Assembly (NCBI GenBank): GCA_964016885.1
Contig: OZ024742.1
Coordinates: 257,734,001-257,798,000, forward strand
Source of the DNA: Eledone cirrhosa
Lineage: Eukaryota
Length of the DNA stretch: 64,000 nt
Direction: 5' to 3'
Both the position numbers and the translations under genes were made by a program. The number at the start of each line of letters is the position of its first letter. Position 1 is the first letter of the stretch. The notes under the pieces were generated by a model. It did no database searches. It was not told the DNA's origin and was given only the letters and a program-made list of their open reading frames with translations. Positions 62,620-64,000 of the stretch are shown in pieces.

Positions 62620-64000
62620 GGATGCCGAAAGAAGTCACGTGGTACAAAGGACCAGTTACTAATTGATAAGATGCTAATGGGGAATTGCAGGAGGAGACAC
62701 ACTGATCTTGCCATGGGATGGATAGACTACAGAAAGGCATTTGACATGGTGCCTCATTCTTGGATCACCAAAAGCCTGGAGATCTTCAAGGTAGCAGATA
62801 ACATCAGACAGTTGTTGGGCAAGAGTATGAGGTCCTGGGAAACAGAGTTGACATCAACTGGAGAATCCTTGTGAAGCGTGAAGATCAAGAGAGGTATCTT
62901 CCAGGGAGATAGCCTGTCCCCTCTGTTGTTTGTTCTTGCCCTGATGCCCCTGACCAGTGTACTGCGAATAGTGAGAGCAGGATACAGGTTGGGAAAGGGA
63001 GGGCTTACCATCAATCACCTCCTCTTCATGGACGATCTTAAGCTCTTCGGGAAGAGTGAGAAAGAGTTGGCTGTGCTTGTAGACACTGTCCGTATTTTCA
63101 GCAGTGATATATGTATGCAGTTTGGTATTAGTAAGTGTAGGGTCATTGTGAAAGGAAGGGTAGGTTGAGCAGAAGTAACGGAATCCAGATACCAACAGGT
63201 GAGATGATAAAGGAAATTGACTCTGAGGAAGGATACAAGTATTTGGGCGTTCTGGAGGCTGATGGCATAAAGAACAAAAAAATGAAGGAATTGTTAAGAA
63301 CTGAATACATTCGGAGAATAAGGAGCGTATTGAAGTCACATCTGAACAGCAGAAATGCCATAAGCGCAGTCAATTCCCGAGCTGTGTCTATTATTAGGTA
63401 CAGTGCGGGAATTCTGAAATGGAATGTTGCTGAACAAAAAGAAATGGATAGGAAAACTAGGAAGCTATTGACTATCTACAACATGTTCCACAAGAGCAGT
63501 GATGTCGATATACTCTAGCTAAGGAGATCTGAGGGTGGAAGAGGTCTTATCAGCATAGAGGACTGTGTTCAGATGGAGAAAAACAACCTACACAAATACG
63601 TGACTGATAGTAAGGAGCCAATGCTCAAAACTGTACTGAAGGAGGGGACAATAGGCCAGGGGATGTCCAAGGAGGAAATAACATCAAAGAGAAAGAGCAG
63701 CCTTCAGGAAAAATCCCTTCATAGTACCTTCTTTGAGAAAACTGAATTTAGAGATCCACAGACATGGAACTGGTTGAGAAGAGGAGACCTTAAAAAGGCT
63801 ACAGAAGGAATGTTAATGGCTGCGCAGGAGCAGGCCCTCAAAACGAAGTGGTTGAAACACCATATTTACAAGGAGGAGGCTAGCCCACTGTGCAGGATCT
63901 GTGGAGAGAGAGAGGAGACTGTGGTTCACATTGTACTATAAGGGCTGGAGACATGATGTGATGGGCAGGGTGATCCACTGGCACCTGTGCAAAGTAAACA
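62620..64000 (+). mobile_element. 5'-truncated Dong/R4 family A copy inserted in the (AAT)n tail of family B
   Basis: Begins ggatgccgaaagaagtc, matching position ~13365 of copy 11529-15202. FMDDLK motif. Runs off the window end. Confidence 0.95.

Overview
AT-rich eukaryotic intergenic or intronic DNA with no recognisable host gene. The SINE sequences and the (TA)n/(AAT)n load suggest a cephalopod, probably Octopus (inference). The window is almost entirely transposable elements sitting in microsatellites. (1) Tx1-clade (L1 group, APE+RT) LINEs: three family A copies with intact 5' ends in (ATT)n (one keeps an open 1137-aa ORF2), one decayed family B copy in (TA)n, and one old 3' fragment. (2) Three Dong/R4-type RLE LINEs in (AAT)n and two RLE fragments in (CATA)n. 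(3) Penelope-like elements (Hydra-clade-like RT/GIY-YIG remnants) and many fold-back pseudo-LTR remnants carrying minimal type I hammerhead ribozyme motifs. (4) tRNA-derived SINEs, RTE-derived repeats, Helitron and mariner remnants. Main novel candidates: (a) conserved splice signals in the Tx1 elements, with GTAAG donors overlapping both the ORF1 stop and the stop of a 5'-terminal micro-ORF, and an in-phase acceptor in ORF2 codon 5, suggesting splicing-dependent ORF2 expression; (b) the dominant SINE shares its 3' terminus with the Tx1, pointing to a SINE/LINE partnership; (c) sister Tx1 families appear to have switched microsatellite target; (d) fold-back breakpoints of Penelope remnants map onto hammerhead motifs. 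Everything was read by eye; no searches or folding programs were run.
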